From positions 96,001 through 160,000 of the forward strand of contig CAVWWD010000006.1 in NCBI GenBank assembly GCA_963758635.1: a stretch of DNA of 64,000 nt, read 5' to 3'. The translations under genes and the position numbers were made by a program. Origin of the DNA: an uncultured Candidatus Rokubacteria bacterium (GTDB lineage: Bacteria > Methylomirabilota > Methylomirabilia > Rokubacteriales > CSP1-6). The notes beneath the pieces are model-generated. The model searched no databases, was not told the DNA's origin, and was given only the letters and a program-made list of their open reading frames with translations. Numbering within the stretch: the first letter of the stretch is position 1; each line of letters opens with the position of its first letter. Below, piece after piece: positions 48,163 through 58,143 of this stretch.

Positions 48163-51100
48163 CACAGCTGGGTCGGGCAGTGGAACTGGCTCAGCTCCGG
48201 CAGGCGGAACGGGTTCTTCACGCTCGACGCCACGATCTCGAACACGGCGCGCCGGCCGTCGTGGGTGAACGACGCGACGAACCGCTCGTACTGGCTGGTC
48301 TCCTCGATCTTCACCTCGTCGAACATGCGGAAGAGCGCCCACGGGCCGTCGAACGTCATGCTCGCTCGAGCCGGACTTCGACGGCGGCGACAGCGACACC
48401 CGCACCTGGCTGCGGCCGCTCGGCCCCGGGAACTGCACGCGCACCGCCACCTGCGGGCCGTGGGCGTAGCGGACCACCTTGCCGTCCACGTCGAGCGTGA
48501 ACTGGTGGATCGACGCGTCCATCTCCTTCGGCTTGAGCTCGAGCTGGATGCTCGGCGTGTTGCCGCCGCCGCGGAAGAAGACGTCGCGGATGACCTGGGC
48601 GCGCTGGAACTCGACGAGCGACGGCCGACTGCCCCATCTGCACGTCGCGGAACCGCCACGTGGCCTGGGTGGTGTCGACGTGGGGAGCGAGCTGCTTCTG
48701 GAAGAACTGGTCGAGGATGCCGTTGGGCGCGAAGAGCCGGCGCGAAGTCCTCGGGCGTCACGTCCCGTCCGCTCGTGCGGACGAACGGGTAGCGCCCGCC
48801 GATCGCTTTCACGCAGAAGTCGGCGATCTGCGCCCGCATCTCGCCGTCGATGCGCTCGCGGACCACCCGGATCTCCTGGGCCTTCTTCTCCCGGGCAAGC
48901 CTCGACTCCGCCAGTTCCCTGTCCTTGGCCGCCTTCTCGTCGGCGATGCGCTTGTCCAGCTCCGCGCGGGCGTCCGCCGCGGCCTTCTCCTGCAGCTGGC
49001 GGGCGTCCGCCGCGGCCTTCTCCTGCAGCTGGCGGGCATCCGTCGCGGCCTTTTCCTGCAGCTGGCGCGCCTCGTCCGCCTTCTGCGTCTGGAGCCGATC
49101 GCCATGGAAGCGCGCCCCGCCCTCCACGATCGATTGCATCATCGTGCGCATCGGCTCCGGGAGCCGAGCCGCCTCCGCGCGCAGCTTGTTCAAGCTCTCG
49201 ACCCCGGGCAGCTGCTGCCCGGCATCGGACGCCAGCTTGAAGGCGTAGAGGAACTGGTAGACCTCGGCCATCTGCTGGACCATCACGTCCACTGGCGCGG
49301 GCCCGCTCCCGCCCGCCCCGGCCAGTCGATGGATGTCCTCGAAGCTGTCGTCGACCAGGCTCTTGATCAGCATGGCGCCCCCGCCGCCCATGACGGCCTG
49401 GCGCGCCTTGCCGACGACCTGCTGGGCCTTGTCGGTGATCGTCCCCGCCAGTCCCGGGTCGCCCTCGGGCGGCACGGACAGCGTGACCTCGCGGTCGATG
49501 GCCTTGACGAACGGCTTGAGCGGGCCGTCAGGCGAGGACAGCGTCTGCGCAATGTCGATGGTCTTGCGGAGGTCGCGGTCGCGGATGATGCCGATGTCGT
49601 TGATGAACTCCCGCCAGATGGCCCGATAGTCCTCCAGGTAGTAGCGCCGCACACCCTCGGCCACGGCGGGGGCCGCCACCACGCCGGCCACCGATCCCTT
49701 CTCCGTCCCGAGGACCCACGCTTCCTCCTCGGCCATCTGCACCGCGACCACGTCCACGCGCTTGACGAAGTGCTTGTAGAAGCCGTCCTTCGTGTAGAGC
49801 GCGGGCACGCCCTTGGTCAGCGGCGCGCGCGAGTTGCGCTCGAACACGAGCATGGCCTTCGGCCCGACCTTGTCCACGATGACGAAGTCGCGGAGGTCGC
49901 CGGCGGGCTCGTGCTTGAGCCGCGCGTAGATGCGCTTGGGCAACGCGTCGCGCCCGATGACGGCGCGCACGTTGGCGAGGAGGGTGTCGTCCTTGGGCAC
50001 GGCGGGATCCACCCAGCCGCGCTCGTAGAGCATGTCGAAGTGCGTCTTGAGCGCCTGCTGCTGCTCGGGCCCGGCCCCGGGGAAGACCTGGTCGCGCCGC
50101 GCCTCGAACCAGCGCCACACCGTCTCCTTGTTGAAGCGCTTCGGCTCGTAGAGCATCGCGTAGGTCTTGAGCGCGTCGTACGCCTCGTCCGACCGGTCCG
50201 GCGGGTGGTCGCGGAGGTGCCGGGTGAGGTGGGCGACCATCGTCGGGAAGAACGCGTCCTGGAGCATGCGGCGGTACGCGACGCGGCTCGCTGCCTCGAC
50301 CTTCCCGCCCTGGAAGAGCCCGAAGCGATACGACCACGGCACGCGGCCGCCCTGGGTGGCCTCGGTCTCCGCGAGCGTGCGGACGCTGCCGAGCGCGGGC
50401 AGGAGCGCGGCGAGGTCGCTCCGCCCACCGCCCTGGACGGCGGCCACCTGCTTCTTCACCTCTTCGAGGTGGCTCGCCACCTCGGCCAGGTACGCCTGGT
50501 TGTTGCGATAGCTGATCCACCACGCCCCGAGCGTGACGACCAGCACCACCAGCGACGCCGCGATCACGCCGCGCTGGAGCCAGGCGCGCCGCCGCTCGAC
50601 GCGCGGGTCCAGGCCGGCGAGGCCGGCCTCGGGGAAGAGCACCTCGCGAAGCAGCCGGGTGAGGAAGTAGCTCCGGCCCGACGGCGCCAGCGCGGGCAGG
50701 AGCCGCCGCTCCAGCCCCAGGTCACGCGCGAGCGCGCCCATCACGCGGTCGATCGGGTTGCCTTCCTGCGTGCCGCTGGTGAAGTACACGCCGCGGAGGA
50801 GCGCGGCCGACTCGAACTGGTTCGGTGTGAACGTGGCCTCGACGAAGTCGACGAGACGCTCGCGCAGGAGGGCGAACTGCTGCGGGAAGCCGTACATGAG
50901 GCTGCGCCGTCCCTGCTCGCGCTCCTCCTCGAGCCCCTCGGGCATGCGGTCGTAGAGGCGGCGCTCGAGGGCCTCCAGGTAGCCGCCGAGCCGGGCGGGA
51001 TCGAGCGCGCCCCGGTCGGCGTAGGGCAGCGAGAAGCCCCACACCTGCGCGCGATCCTCCTTCCCCATGGTCGCGAACGTCTCGCTGAAGCCCGCCAGCA

Positions 51101-51938
51101 GGTCGGACTTGGTGACGAGCACGTAGATGGGGAAGCGCACGCCCAGGTTGTCGTAGAGCTCGCGGATGCGGGAGCGGATGGCCGCGGACTGCGCCTGGCG
51201 CTCCCCCGCGCCCTGCTGCAGCAGGTCGGCCACGCTGACCGTGACGAGCACGCCGTTGATGGGCCGCCGCGGCCGCGACTTCTTCAGGAGGTCGAGGAAG
51301 CCCTTCCAGGCCCCGGCGTCGACCTCCTTCTGGCTCTCCTGGGTCGTGTAGCGGCCGGCGGTGTCGAGGAACACCGCGTCGTCGGTGAACCACCAGTCGC
51401 AGTCGCGGGTGCCGCCGACGCCGCGCACCGCCTCCACGCCGAAGCGGTCGGCGAGGGGGAAGCGCAGGCCGGAGTTCACCAGGGCGGTGGTCTTGCCGGA
51501 CCCCGGCGCGCCGATGAACACGTACCAGGGCAGGTCGTAGAGGAACTGCTTGGAGCCCATCGCGCCGAGCCGCGTCCAGAGGGACGGGCGCTCGGTCCCG
51601 AAGCGGCGCTTGCGGAGGAGGGCGAGCGCCTCCTCGAACCGCTGCCGGAGCTGGGCCACCTCGCCGCGGGCCGGGTCCGGCTGCGCCTCCGGCTTGACGA
51701 GGCCGTCGGCCAGCGCGGCGTCGGCCTTCCGCTTCTGAAAGTAGGTCCAGCTCATCTTCACGGCGGGCGTCAGGAACAGGAGGGCGATCTGGATCCAGCG
51801 GATCGTCTCGGACTCGAACGGGTGGAAGTTGTTGATCGCGACGGTGGGCCCCACCCACCACACGAGGAGCGCGAGGGCGATGAGGAGGATGAGGATCAAC
51901 AGCCACCGCCGGAAGAGCAGCCCGAAGAGCCACCTCAT
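48162..51938 (-). CDS. tssM: T6SS membrane complex TssM (IcmF); compensating indels at ~48360-48740
   Basis: N-terminal TM helices, LPWYVFIGAPGSGKTT, DTAGRY, RGVYFTSGTQEG, GPWALFR. Confidence 0.95.
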   Translation of the reverse strand: MRWLFGLLFRRWLLILILLIALALLVWWVGPTVAINNFHPFESETIRWIQIALLFLTPAVKMSWTYFQKRKADAALADGLVKPEAQPDPARGEVAQLRQRFEEALALLRKRRFGTERPSLWTRLGAMGSKQFLYDLPWYVFIGAPGSGKTTALVNSGLRFPLADRFGVEAVRGVGGTRDCDWWFTDDAVFLDTAGRYTTQESQKEVDAGAWKGFLDLLKKSRPRRPINGVLVTVSVADLLQQGAGERQAQSAAIRSRIRELYDNLGVRFPIYVLVTKSDLLAGFSETFATMGKEDRAQVWGFSLPYADRGALDPARLGGYLEALERRLYDRMPEGLEEEREQGRRSLMYGFPQQFALLRERLVDFVEATFTPNQFESAALLRGVYFTSGTQEGNPIDRVMGALARDLGLERRLLPALAPSGRSYFLTRLLREVLFPEAGLAGLDPRVERRRAWLQRGVIAASLVVLVVTLGAWWISYRNNQAYLAEVASHLEEVKKQVAAVQGGGRSDLAALLPALGSVRTLAETEATQGGRVPWSYRFGLFQGGKVEAASRVAYRRMLQDAFFPTMVAHLTRHLRDHPPDRSDEAYDALKTYAMLYEPKRFNKETVWRWFEARRDQVFPGAGPEQQQALKTHFDMLYERGWVDPAVPKDDTLLANVRAVIGRDALPKRIYARLKHEPAGDLRDFVIVDKVGPKAMLVFERNSRAPLTKGVPALYTKDGFYKHFVKRVDVVAVQMAEEEAWVLGTEKGSVAGVVAAPAVAEGVRRYYLEDYRAIWREFINDIGIIRDRDLRKTIDIAQTLSSPDGPLKPFVKAIDREVTLSVPPEGDPGLAGTITDKAQQVVGKARQAVMGGGGAMLIKSLVDDSFEDIHRLAGAGGSGPAPVDVMVQQMAEVYQFLYAFKLASDAGQQLPGVESLNKLRAEAARLPEPMRTMMQSIVEGGARFHGDRLQTQKADEARQLQEKAATDARQLQEKAAADARQLQEKAAADARAELDKRIADEKAAKDRELAESRLAREKKAQEIRVVRERIDGEMRAQIADFCVKAIGGRYPFVRTSGRDVTPEDFAPALRAQRHPRPVLPEAARSPRRHHPGHVAVPRRADGAVGRRSSSSSAPRSSATSSSAAAATRRASSSSSSRRRWTRRSTSSRSTWTARWSATPTARRWRCACSSRGRAAAARCGCRCRRRRSPARASMTFDGPWALFRMFDEVKIEETSQYERFVASFTHDGRRAVFEIVASSVKNPFRLPELSQFHCPTQL
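48966..49070 (-). repeat. 33-bp coding tandem repeat (about 3 copies, ARQLQEKAAAD) inside tssM
   Basis: GCGGGCGTCCGCCGCGGCCTTCTCCTGCAGCTG repeated on the plus strand. Confidence 0.85.
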
Positions 51939-53274
51939 GGCCGGCGCGAGCTCCCGGCCGGCGCGGCCTCGGCGGCGCCGCCCGCGGGCACGTAGACCGT
52001 GATCTCCACGCGCCGGTTCTTCGCCCGCCCCTGCGGCGTGTCGTTCGGGGCCACCGGGTCGGCCTCGCCACGCCCGTCGGAGCCGATGCGGCTGCCCGGG
52101 ATGCGCGCCGCGATGAGGCGGGACACCGAGTCGGCGCGCGCCTTCGAGAGCTCCCAGTTCGAGGGGAAGCGCAGGGTGCGGATGGGCTGGTTGTCCGTGT
52201 AGCCGATCACCTCGACCTTGCCCGGCACCTTCGTCAGCTCCTCGCCGATCCGGTTGATGAGCCAGAGGTCCTCGGGGCGGACGTTGGCCTCGCCGGCCTT
52301 GAACAGCCCGTCGCCGACGATCGTGACGGTGCTCCGGTCGGCGCGGTCGTCCACGGCGACGAGGCCGCGGCGGATCTCCTCGGCGAGGAACCCGGCGAGG
52401 CGCGGCTCCGCCGCCTTCTTCGGCGCCGCCCGCGGCACCTCGCCCGGCGCGGCATCCGCAGCATGGCGGCATCGGCGGCGATGCGGTCGGACATGCTGGA
52501 GAGGCTCAGCGTGAGCGCGATGTAGACGGCGGCGAGGACCACGCCGACCACCGCGGCCATCACCCACACGGGCAGCCAGGCCATCCGCGACTCCACGATC
52601 TTCCCCGCGCCCTGCCACGACGGCGACAGGTCACGCTCGTGCTCGCCGCGCTCCTTGCGGATGATCGCCAGGAGCCGGCGCCGGATGGCCTCGAGCTGGC
52701 GCTGCCCGCCGTCGATGATCCGGTACCGACCCTCGAAGCCGAGCTGCAGGCAGACGTACATCAGCTCGAGCAGGTCGATGTTGGCGTGCGGGTTCTCGGC
52801 GAGCCGGGCCAGGAGCTGGAAGAACTTCTCGCCGCCCCCGGTCTCGCCGTGGAACAGCGCGAGGAGGCCGTGCTGGGCCCACGCGCCCGACACGCCCCAC
52901 GGCGTGCTCGCCGCCATCTCGTCGATCAGCGTGCAGATGGTGTAGCGCGCGGCGATCGCCGTCTCCGTGGAGGCGCCCGCCGCCCGCGCTCGGGCCTCGA
53001 ACTCGCGGACGCCCTGGGCGAGGCTGTCGCGCAGCCCGTTCGGGTTCGGGTGCTCGAGCGAGCCGCGGAGCTGCGGAATGACGTTGAGCAACGGGTTCGC
53101 CGCCGCCACCAGCGGGTTGAGGCCGCTCGTGACGGCCCGGCCGTCGAAGCGCTCCGGCGGCTCGGGGGCGACCGGGCGCACGGGCACCGGCGCGGGCGTC
53201 GCCATGCGCCCGCCCGGGGTCGGCATGAAAACGGTGCGGTCGTCGTCCGCCTCGCGGAAGGGATCGTCCGGCAT
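51935..53274 (-). CDS. tssL: T6SS TssL (DotU) with a C-terminal OmpA/MotB peptidoglycan-binding domain; frameshift near 52450
   Basis: NPLVAAA, GGEKFF, LGFEGRY; GYTD, NWELSKARA, NRRVEI. Confidence 0.92.
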
Positions 53275-53356
53275 CAATGAGCCCCGCGCATCAGACTAAT
53301 ACCGAGCGGTGGGATTGTAGGGGCCCGTGGCGGCTACCGCATTCTGCAAGGGGCAT
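53275..53356 (-). repeat. repeat family A copy 4 between tssK and tssL, flanked by TGATG direct repeats
   Basis: Reverse complement TGATG-CCCCTTGCAGAATGCGGTAGCCGCCACGGGCCCCTACAATCC...GCGCGGGGCTCAT-TGATG; mini-ORF MPLAECGSRHGPLQSHRSVLV. Confidence 0.85.
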
Positions 53357-54693
53357 CAGCCGCGCACGGCCCAGAACTCGAGCTCGAGGCCGGGGATCTC
53401 GCCGGAGAGGAACATCGCGAGGTTCCCGGACTGCTCGGCCTGATTCCACAGCTCGGTGCCGCGCTCGAGCTCGAAGTAGTTGAAGCCCGCGTGGTAGGGG
53501 ATCTGCCGCGGCGCCACCGGGAGCGTGCGCAGCCCGATGCCGGGGAGGTTCAGGTTCACGAGGTCGCGGATGCGCTCGCCCGGCCCGATCTTGAGCAGGG
53601 TGGGCAAGGTCACCTGCAGCCGCTCCGCGGGGAGCTGCGCCTTGGCCGCGAGCACGAAGCGCGCGGTGCGGCGGAGCTCGGGATCCGCGATGAGGGCGAG
53701 CTTGAGCCCGTACGCGCGCTCCTGCAGCTCGATCATGATCGCGTTGCGCTCGAGCACCATCGAGAGCGAGCGCCGGATGTCGGCCACCAGGGGAGCGAAC
53801 GAGCCGGCGAGGTCGTCGTGGCGGTAGACGGGGTACTGGATCGGCCGGCGGCTCTCCCGCGTGTACGTGGACAGCTCCCCGGCCAGCTCCAGGCAGAGGG
53901 CGTAGAGCCGCTCCGGATGCAGCGGCGCGGTGAGGCCGAGGTGCCCGAAGAGCGGCTCGTACCGGTTCATCGTCTTGATCCACAGGAAGTCCGCGATCTC
54001 CGCGACGCCGCCCGGACCGGGCTGGGACAGGCGCTCGGCGAGCGCGTCCCCGCGCTGGTGCAGGAGGCCGTGGACGTCACGCACGATGCCGGCCAGGGTC
54101 GAGTCGGCGCCCACGTCGAGCATGGGGGGCACGTACCGGCGGTCGAGGGTCACGCGGTTGTCGGCCTGGCGCTCCACCACGCGCGCGACGCCGAGCCCGG
54201 TGTAGGCGGCGGTGACGTCGCCTTCCTTGAGCAGCTGCAGGCGCAGGCGGGCGACCTGGATGAGCGCGGTGCGATCGAACGACGCGTTGCTGTCCTTGAT
54301 CTCGAGCTCGCCCGCGCTGTACCGGGCAAGGCCGTCCGGCGAGGCGTTGCCGAGATCGGCCTCGTCGACACCCTCGCGCCGCACGGGCAGCACCAGGCTC
54401 ACGAGGGCGTCCCGCAGGGTGGCGGGCACGTCGAGCGGCACCGGCAGCGGGTCGCGGCCCGGGCAGTCGAACGGCGTGCCGTCGGGGAGCATCCCGCGCG
54501 CGCTCCGCACGGCCAGCTTGCCCAGCTCCAGCAGGGACTCGTCGAGCGCGACCTCGAGGAAGCCCCACGAGTGCGGGCGGAGGCCGCGCGTCCGGAGCTC
54601 GACGTACGTCTCGAGGAAGCGGTCGTGCTGCTGCAGGTGCTGCGGCTGGAGGAAGGTCCCTTCCGACCAGAGGACGCGGTTGTCCCAGCTCAT
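53356..54693 (-). CDS. tssK: T6SS baseplate TssK
   Basis: VLWSEGTFLQPQHLQQ, PDGTPF, APRQIPYHAG, LEFWAVR. Confidence 0.96.
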   Translation of the reverse strand: MSWDNRVLWSEGTFLQPQHLQQHDRFLETYVELRTRGLRPHSWGFLEVALDESLLELGKLAVRSARGMLPDGTPFDCPGRDPLPVPLDVPATLRDALVSLVLPVRREGVDEADLGNASPDGLARYSAGELEIKDSNASFDRTALIQVARLRLQLLKEGDVTAAYTGLGVARVVERQADNRVTLDRRYVPPMLDVGADSTLAGIVRDVHGLLHQRGDALAERLSQPGPGGVAEIADFLWIKTMNRYEPLFGHLGLTAPLHPERLYALCLELAGELSTYTRESRRPIQYPVYRHDDLAGSFAPLVADIRRSLSMVLERNAIMIELQERAYGLKLALIADPELRRTARFVLAAKAQLPAERLQVTLPTLLKIGPGERIRDLVNLNLPGIGLRTLPVAPRQIPYHAGFNYFELERGTELWNQAEQSGNLAMFLSGEIPGLELEFWAVRG

Positions 54694-54748
54694 CGATCGG
54701 CCCGGCGCAACGTCGCGGGAGAGGAGCTCACGTCACCGGCGGTTCGGC

Positions 54749-55201
54749 TCACTTCACGGCCACCGTGACGGACCTGGCGTCGAGGCCCACGGTGATCGAG
54801 ACCTTCCGGCTGGCCGGCACCGGCGCGGCCTGGCGCCACTTGGCGTTGTCGAGGTCGCGGAAGGCCGCGGCGACGCCGATGAACTTCGTGTCCGGCTGGA
54901 GCTGCCGCCGGTACGGCTTCGTCTCCGCGGGCTGCAGGCTGTACTCCTCGCGACCCACCAGCTCGGCGCCGAGGGTCTCCGCCTCCTTGTCGAACAGCGA
55001 GAAGAAGTCGGCGCTGTTGAAGGCGGCCAGGGAGCGCAGCTCGTAGACGCGCAGGAGGATCGGCGACGGACGGCCCTGCACGTCGGGGTTCAAGCTGGGC
55101 GCGGTCTTGATCGATCCCTCCAGGAGGGGCGGTGAGCTCGCGCACCCCGCGGCCAGGGCCAGGCTACACGCGAGCAAAAGGAGACGGCGACCCCGTCGCA
55201 T
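54749..55201 (-). CDS. tssJ: T6SS lipoprotein TssJ
   Basis: Lipobox LAAGC; LNPD..GRPSP..RVYEL, DFFSL, GVAAAFRD. Confidence 0.94.
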   Translation of the reverse strand: MRRGRRLLLLACSLALAAGCASSPPLLEGSIKTAPSLNPDVQGRPSPILLRVYELRSLAAFNSADFFSLFDKEAETLGAELVGREEYSLQPAETKPYRRQLQPDTKFIGVAAAFRDLDNAKWRQAAPVPASRKVSITVGLDARSVTVAVK

Positions 55202-55385
55202 GTGTGCTCCCCCTTTGGGAAAATTGCCAGCCGGACCGAGACTACCGCCACCGGCGGAGCGAATCAAGCCTCGGGTCCCCGGACCGCGTCCCGAGCCGGG
55301 CCGGCGCGCCCCGCGCGGATGCTATGCTCCGTTGGGCTGGTTTCGGGCCGGCGCGAGAGGCCGAATCGCCCCGTGAGGCAATGTG

Positions 55386-56273
55386 CTAGAACGGCAGGCC
55401 GATCCGCTGCGAGCGGAAGAAGCCGGCGACCGCGGCCGTCCAGAGCGGCTCGCCCGCCGGTGACGTGAACACGCCGTGGCCACGCCGCTCGGGGAACGGC
55501 GGGATCACGACGAGCTCGCCGCGGCCGCCCGCGGCGCGGAAGCTCTCGAACCAGAGCCGCTGGGCCGCCGGCCCCACGAACTCGTCGTTCACCGCGTAGA
55601 ACCACAGCACGGGCACGGCGATCCGCGGGGCGATCGACGCGAACAGCTCGGCCATGCGCTCGGGCATGCAGGGCTGGCCGGGGTGCGTGTCGGGACGGCC
55701 GCCGCGTCCGGGCGCGAACGCGAGCACGGCGAGGAGGCCCTCGGGCCGCTTCGACGCCGTGTAGATCGACGCGAAGCCGCCCGCGCTCTGCCCGACCAGC
55801 ATGAAGCGCCGCCGGTCGAGGTCCCCGTGCCCCTTCGCCCACTGGACGGTGGCCAGCAGGTCCAGGGCCGCGCCCTCGCCGGCGCGGGGGAAGTCGGGCC
55901 GCGCGCAGCTCCCGTAGGAATCGCCCAGGTTCTCGCTGCCGCCGCTCGCGCCGTAGCCCCGGCGCACGGGCACGAGGACGGCGTAGCCGCGGCGCACCCA
56001 TTGCGCGGCGAGCCACGTGTTGCGGGAGCGGCCGATGGCGCGGTTATCCTCGAGGGTGACGGCGGTGCCGTGGCTCAACACGATCCACGGAAACGGCCCG
56101 GCGCCGGACGGCCGGAAGCTCGTGACCACGATGCTCGCGCCGGTGCCCGGGACGTCGATCCCGTGCACAGCCTCGCGGAGCGAGGCGTCGATGTCGCCCG
56201 CCCGCGCCGCCGGCATCGCGCAGCCGGCGATGACGAGCACGGCCACCGCGAGCCTGAACACGCGCGGCATCAT
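55386..56273 (-). CDS. dienelactone hydrolase / alpha-beta hydrolase, exported
   Basis: Signal peptide with IAGC; SHG, RRGYG, GQSAGG, ND and GH catalytic motifs. Confidence 0.8.
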   Translation of the reverse strand: MMPRVFRLAVAVLVIAGCAMPAARAGDIDASLREAVHGIDVPGTGASIVVTSFRPSGAGPFPWIVLSHGTAVTLEDNRAIGRSRNTWLAAQWVRRGYAVLVPVRRGYGASGGSENLGDSYGSCARPDFPRAGEGAALDLLATVQWAKGHGDLDRRRFMLVGQSAGGFASIYTASKRPEGLLAVLAFAPGRGGRPDTHPGQPCMPERMAELFASIAPRIAVPVLWFYAVNDEFVGPAAQRLWFESFRAAGGRGELVVIPPFPERRGHGVFTSPAGEPLWTAAVAGFFRSQRIGLPF

Positions 56274-56298
56274 ACCAGACCGTTCACGGAGGCTCCCG

Positions 56299-56991
56299 AT
56301 GGCGACCCATCAGTCGATCGGCGGCGGCTCGGACGACGAGCTCCTGCAGCGCATGGTCCAGACGCACGCGGAGCGCTACGGCGACGCGTTCTGGTCGATC
56401 TTCTCCGGGCACGTCGCGCCCCGGCTGCCCGCCGCGCCGGTCGTCCTGGACCTGGGATGCGGGCCGGGGCTCTTCCTGCGCGACGTGGCCCAGCGGCATC
56501 CCGCGGCGTCGCTCCACGGCTACAACGTCACCGCGGCCATGATCGCCCACGCCGAGCGGCTGACGTGGCCCGGCGCCCCGGCCCGGCTCGCGCTCCACGA
56601 CGTGACCCGCGCGCCGCTGCCCCACGCCGCGGGCTCCGTGGACCTCGTGGCCATGACGTCCGTCCTGCACGTCTTCGACGAGCCGCTGCCGGTGCTCGCG
56701 GAGATCCGGCGCGTGCTCTCGCCGGGCGGCACCTTCCTGCTCTACGACTGGATCCGCCTGCCCCTGGAGGCGTACCTCCGCTACCGGCGCGAGACGGTGA
56801 GCGAGGGCGAGCCCGAGACCCAGGGCCGCGCGTTCCGGCTCTTCCCCGTGCACGGAAAGTACACGCCGGCGGACTGGCGCTGGCTCCTCGGGCGCGCGGG
56901 GTTCACCATCCGCCTCCACACGCAGATGCGCGACACGCACCAGGTGTTCGTCGCCGCGCCGGGCCCCGCGGACGCGCCCGGCGCGGCGTGA
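56299..56991 (+). CDS. class I SAM-dependent methyltransferase
   Basis: GGAGG SD; LDLGCGPG, RVLSPGG. Confidence 0.82.
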   Translation: MATHQSIGGGSDDELLQRMVQTHAERYGDAFWSIFSGHVAPRLPAAPVVLDLGCGPGLFLRDVAQRHPAASLHGYNVTAAMIAHAERLTWPGAPARLALHDVTRAPLPHAAGSVDLVAMTSVLHVFDEPLPVLAEIRRVLSPGGTFLLYDWIRLPLEAYLRYRRETVSEGEPETQGRAFRLFPVHGKYTPADWRWLLGRAGFTIRLHTQMRDTHQVFVAAPGPADAPGAA

Positions 56992-56994
56992 ACG

Positions 56995-58143
56995 TCACGT
57001 GCGCTTGTAGAAGCGCGCGGCGTTGTCCCAGAGGAGCTTCTGCGTCGTGTCCGGCTTGAGGCTCGACCAGCCGAGGATGTTGTCCACGGAGTCGGGGAAC
57101 TGGCACTCGGAGTGCGGATAGTCCGAGGCGTACATCAGGACGTCGTCGCCGAGGATGCTCGTCACGTGGTTGAAGAGGTCCTCGCCCTCGTGCCGCTCGA
57201 TCGTGCAGAAGAACCGCCCGCTCGTCAGGTACTCGGCGGGCGCGTGCTTGAGCGGCGCCACCCCGCCCACGTACGCCGCCTGCTCGTTCATGCGCCGGGC
57301 CCAGAACGGCAGCCAGCTGAAGCCGCACTCCAGGATGCCGACGCGCAGGCTCGGATGGCGATCCATGATGCCGGCGCCGATGAAGGCGGCCATGAAGCGC
57401 ATCCCGCCCCACGGATGCGACGCGAGGCGGCCGAGGAAGATGTTGTCCCAGAGGTCCTGGTAGCCCGGGAAGTACGGCGGGTTCCACGTGTTGCTGTGGT
57501 GCACGACGGCGAGATCGTGCTCCTCCGCGGCCTGCCAGATGGGCTCGAGGTCCGGATGGTCGATGGGCGTGTCCTTGCCGAGCACGGGGAGCACGGCCAC
57601 GGCCCAGCTCGACGAGCCCCAGCGACGGATCTCGCGCACCGCCTCGTCGACGGCGCGCGACGACGCCACGATCCCGGTCTTGAGGCGTCCCGGGGACTGC
57701 CCGCAGAAATCGGCGGCGTGGCGGTGATACGCGCGGATCAGCCCGACCTCGAGCTCCACGTCCGGCAGCCCCACCACGCTGACCCACGAGGTCGGCACCA
57801 GGAAGTGCGCGTCCACGCCCTCGTCGTCCATGTCGAGCACGCGGTTCGCGGCCTGGTCGTCCTGGACGCCCACGCGGGGCTGCTTGCTGCCTCGCCAGTG
57901 GGTCCCCCGCCCCGTGAACGTGTCGTGCGGGCCGGCCTGGCCGAGGACGCGGCGGTAGAACTTCGTGGCCACGCGGTACTGGTGGCTGTCCGGCGTGCCG
58001 CCGATCATCGCCCCCGAGGGCGAGCGGTGCGCGGCCAGCTCGGGCAGCCGCGGGCGGAAGGCCGGATCGACGTAGCGGTCGAGCACCTCGGCGGACGGAT
58101 TGACGTGGGTGTCCGCGTCCCACGCGCGATACCCGGCCCTCAT
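56995..58143 (-). CDS. amidohydrolase_2 family protein
   Basis: DADTH, VHH, LECG, ASDYPH. Confidence 0.88.
   Translation of the reverse strand: MRAGYRAWDADTHVNPSAEVLDRYVDPAFRPRLPELAAHRSPSGAMIGGTPDSHQYRVATKFYRRVLGQAGPHDTFTGRGTHWRGSKQPRVGVQDDQAANRVLDMDDEGVDAHFLVPTSWVSVVGLPDVELEVGLIRAYHRHAADFCGQSPGRLKTGIVASSRAVDEAVREIRRWGSSSWAVAVLPVLGKDTPIDHPDLEPIWQAAEEHDLAVVHHSNTWNPPYFPGYQDLWDNIFLGRLASHPWGGMRFMAAFIGAGIMDRHPSLRVGILECGFSWLPFWARRMNEQAAYVGGVAPLKHAPAEYLTSGRFFCTIERHEGEDLFNHVTSILGDDVLMYASDYPHSECQFPDSVDNILGWSSLKPDTTQKLLWDNAARFYKRT

Noticed and set aside
31547..53274. Programmed frameshifting or true pseudogenisation of T6SS genes
   Set aside because: No slippery sites or in-frame stops, and the same kind of indel occurs in unrelated genes; sequencing error is more parsimonious
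55386..56991. Hydrolase and methyltransferase next to tssJ as a T6SS effector/immunity pair
   Set aside because: The hydrolase has a Sec-type signal peptide, the genes are divergent, and no immunity-like partner or adaptor is present
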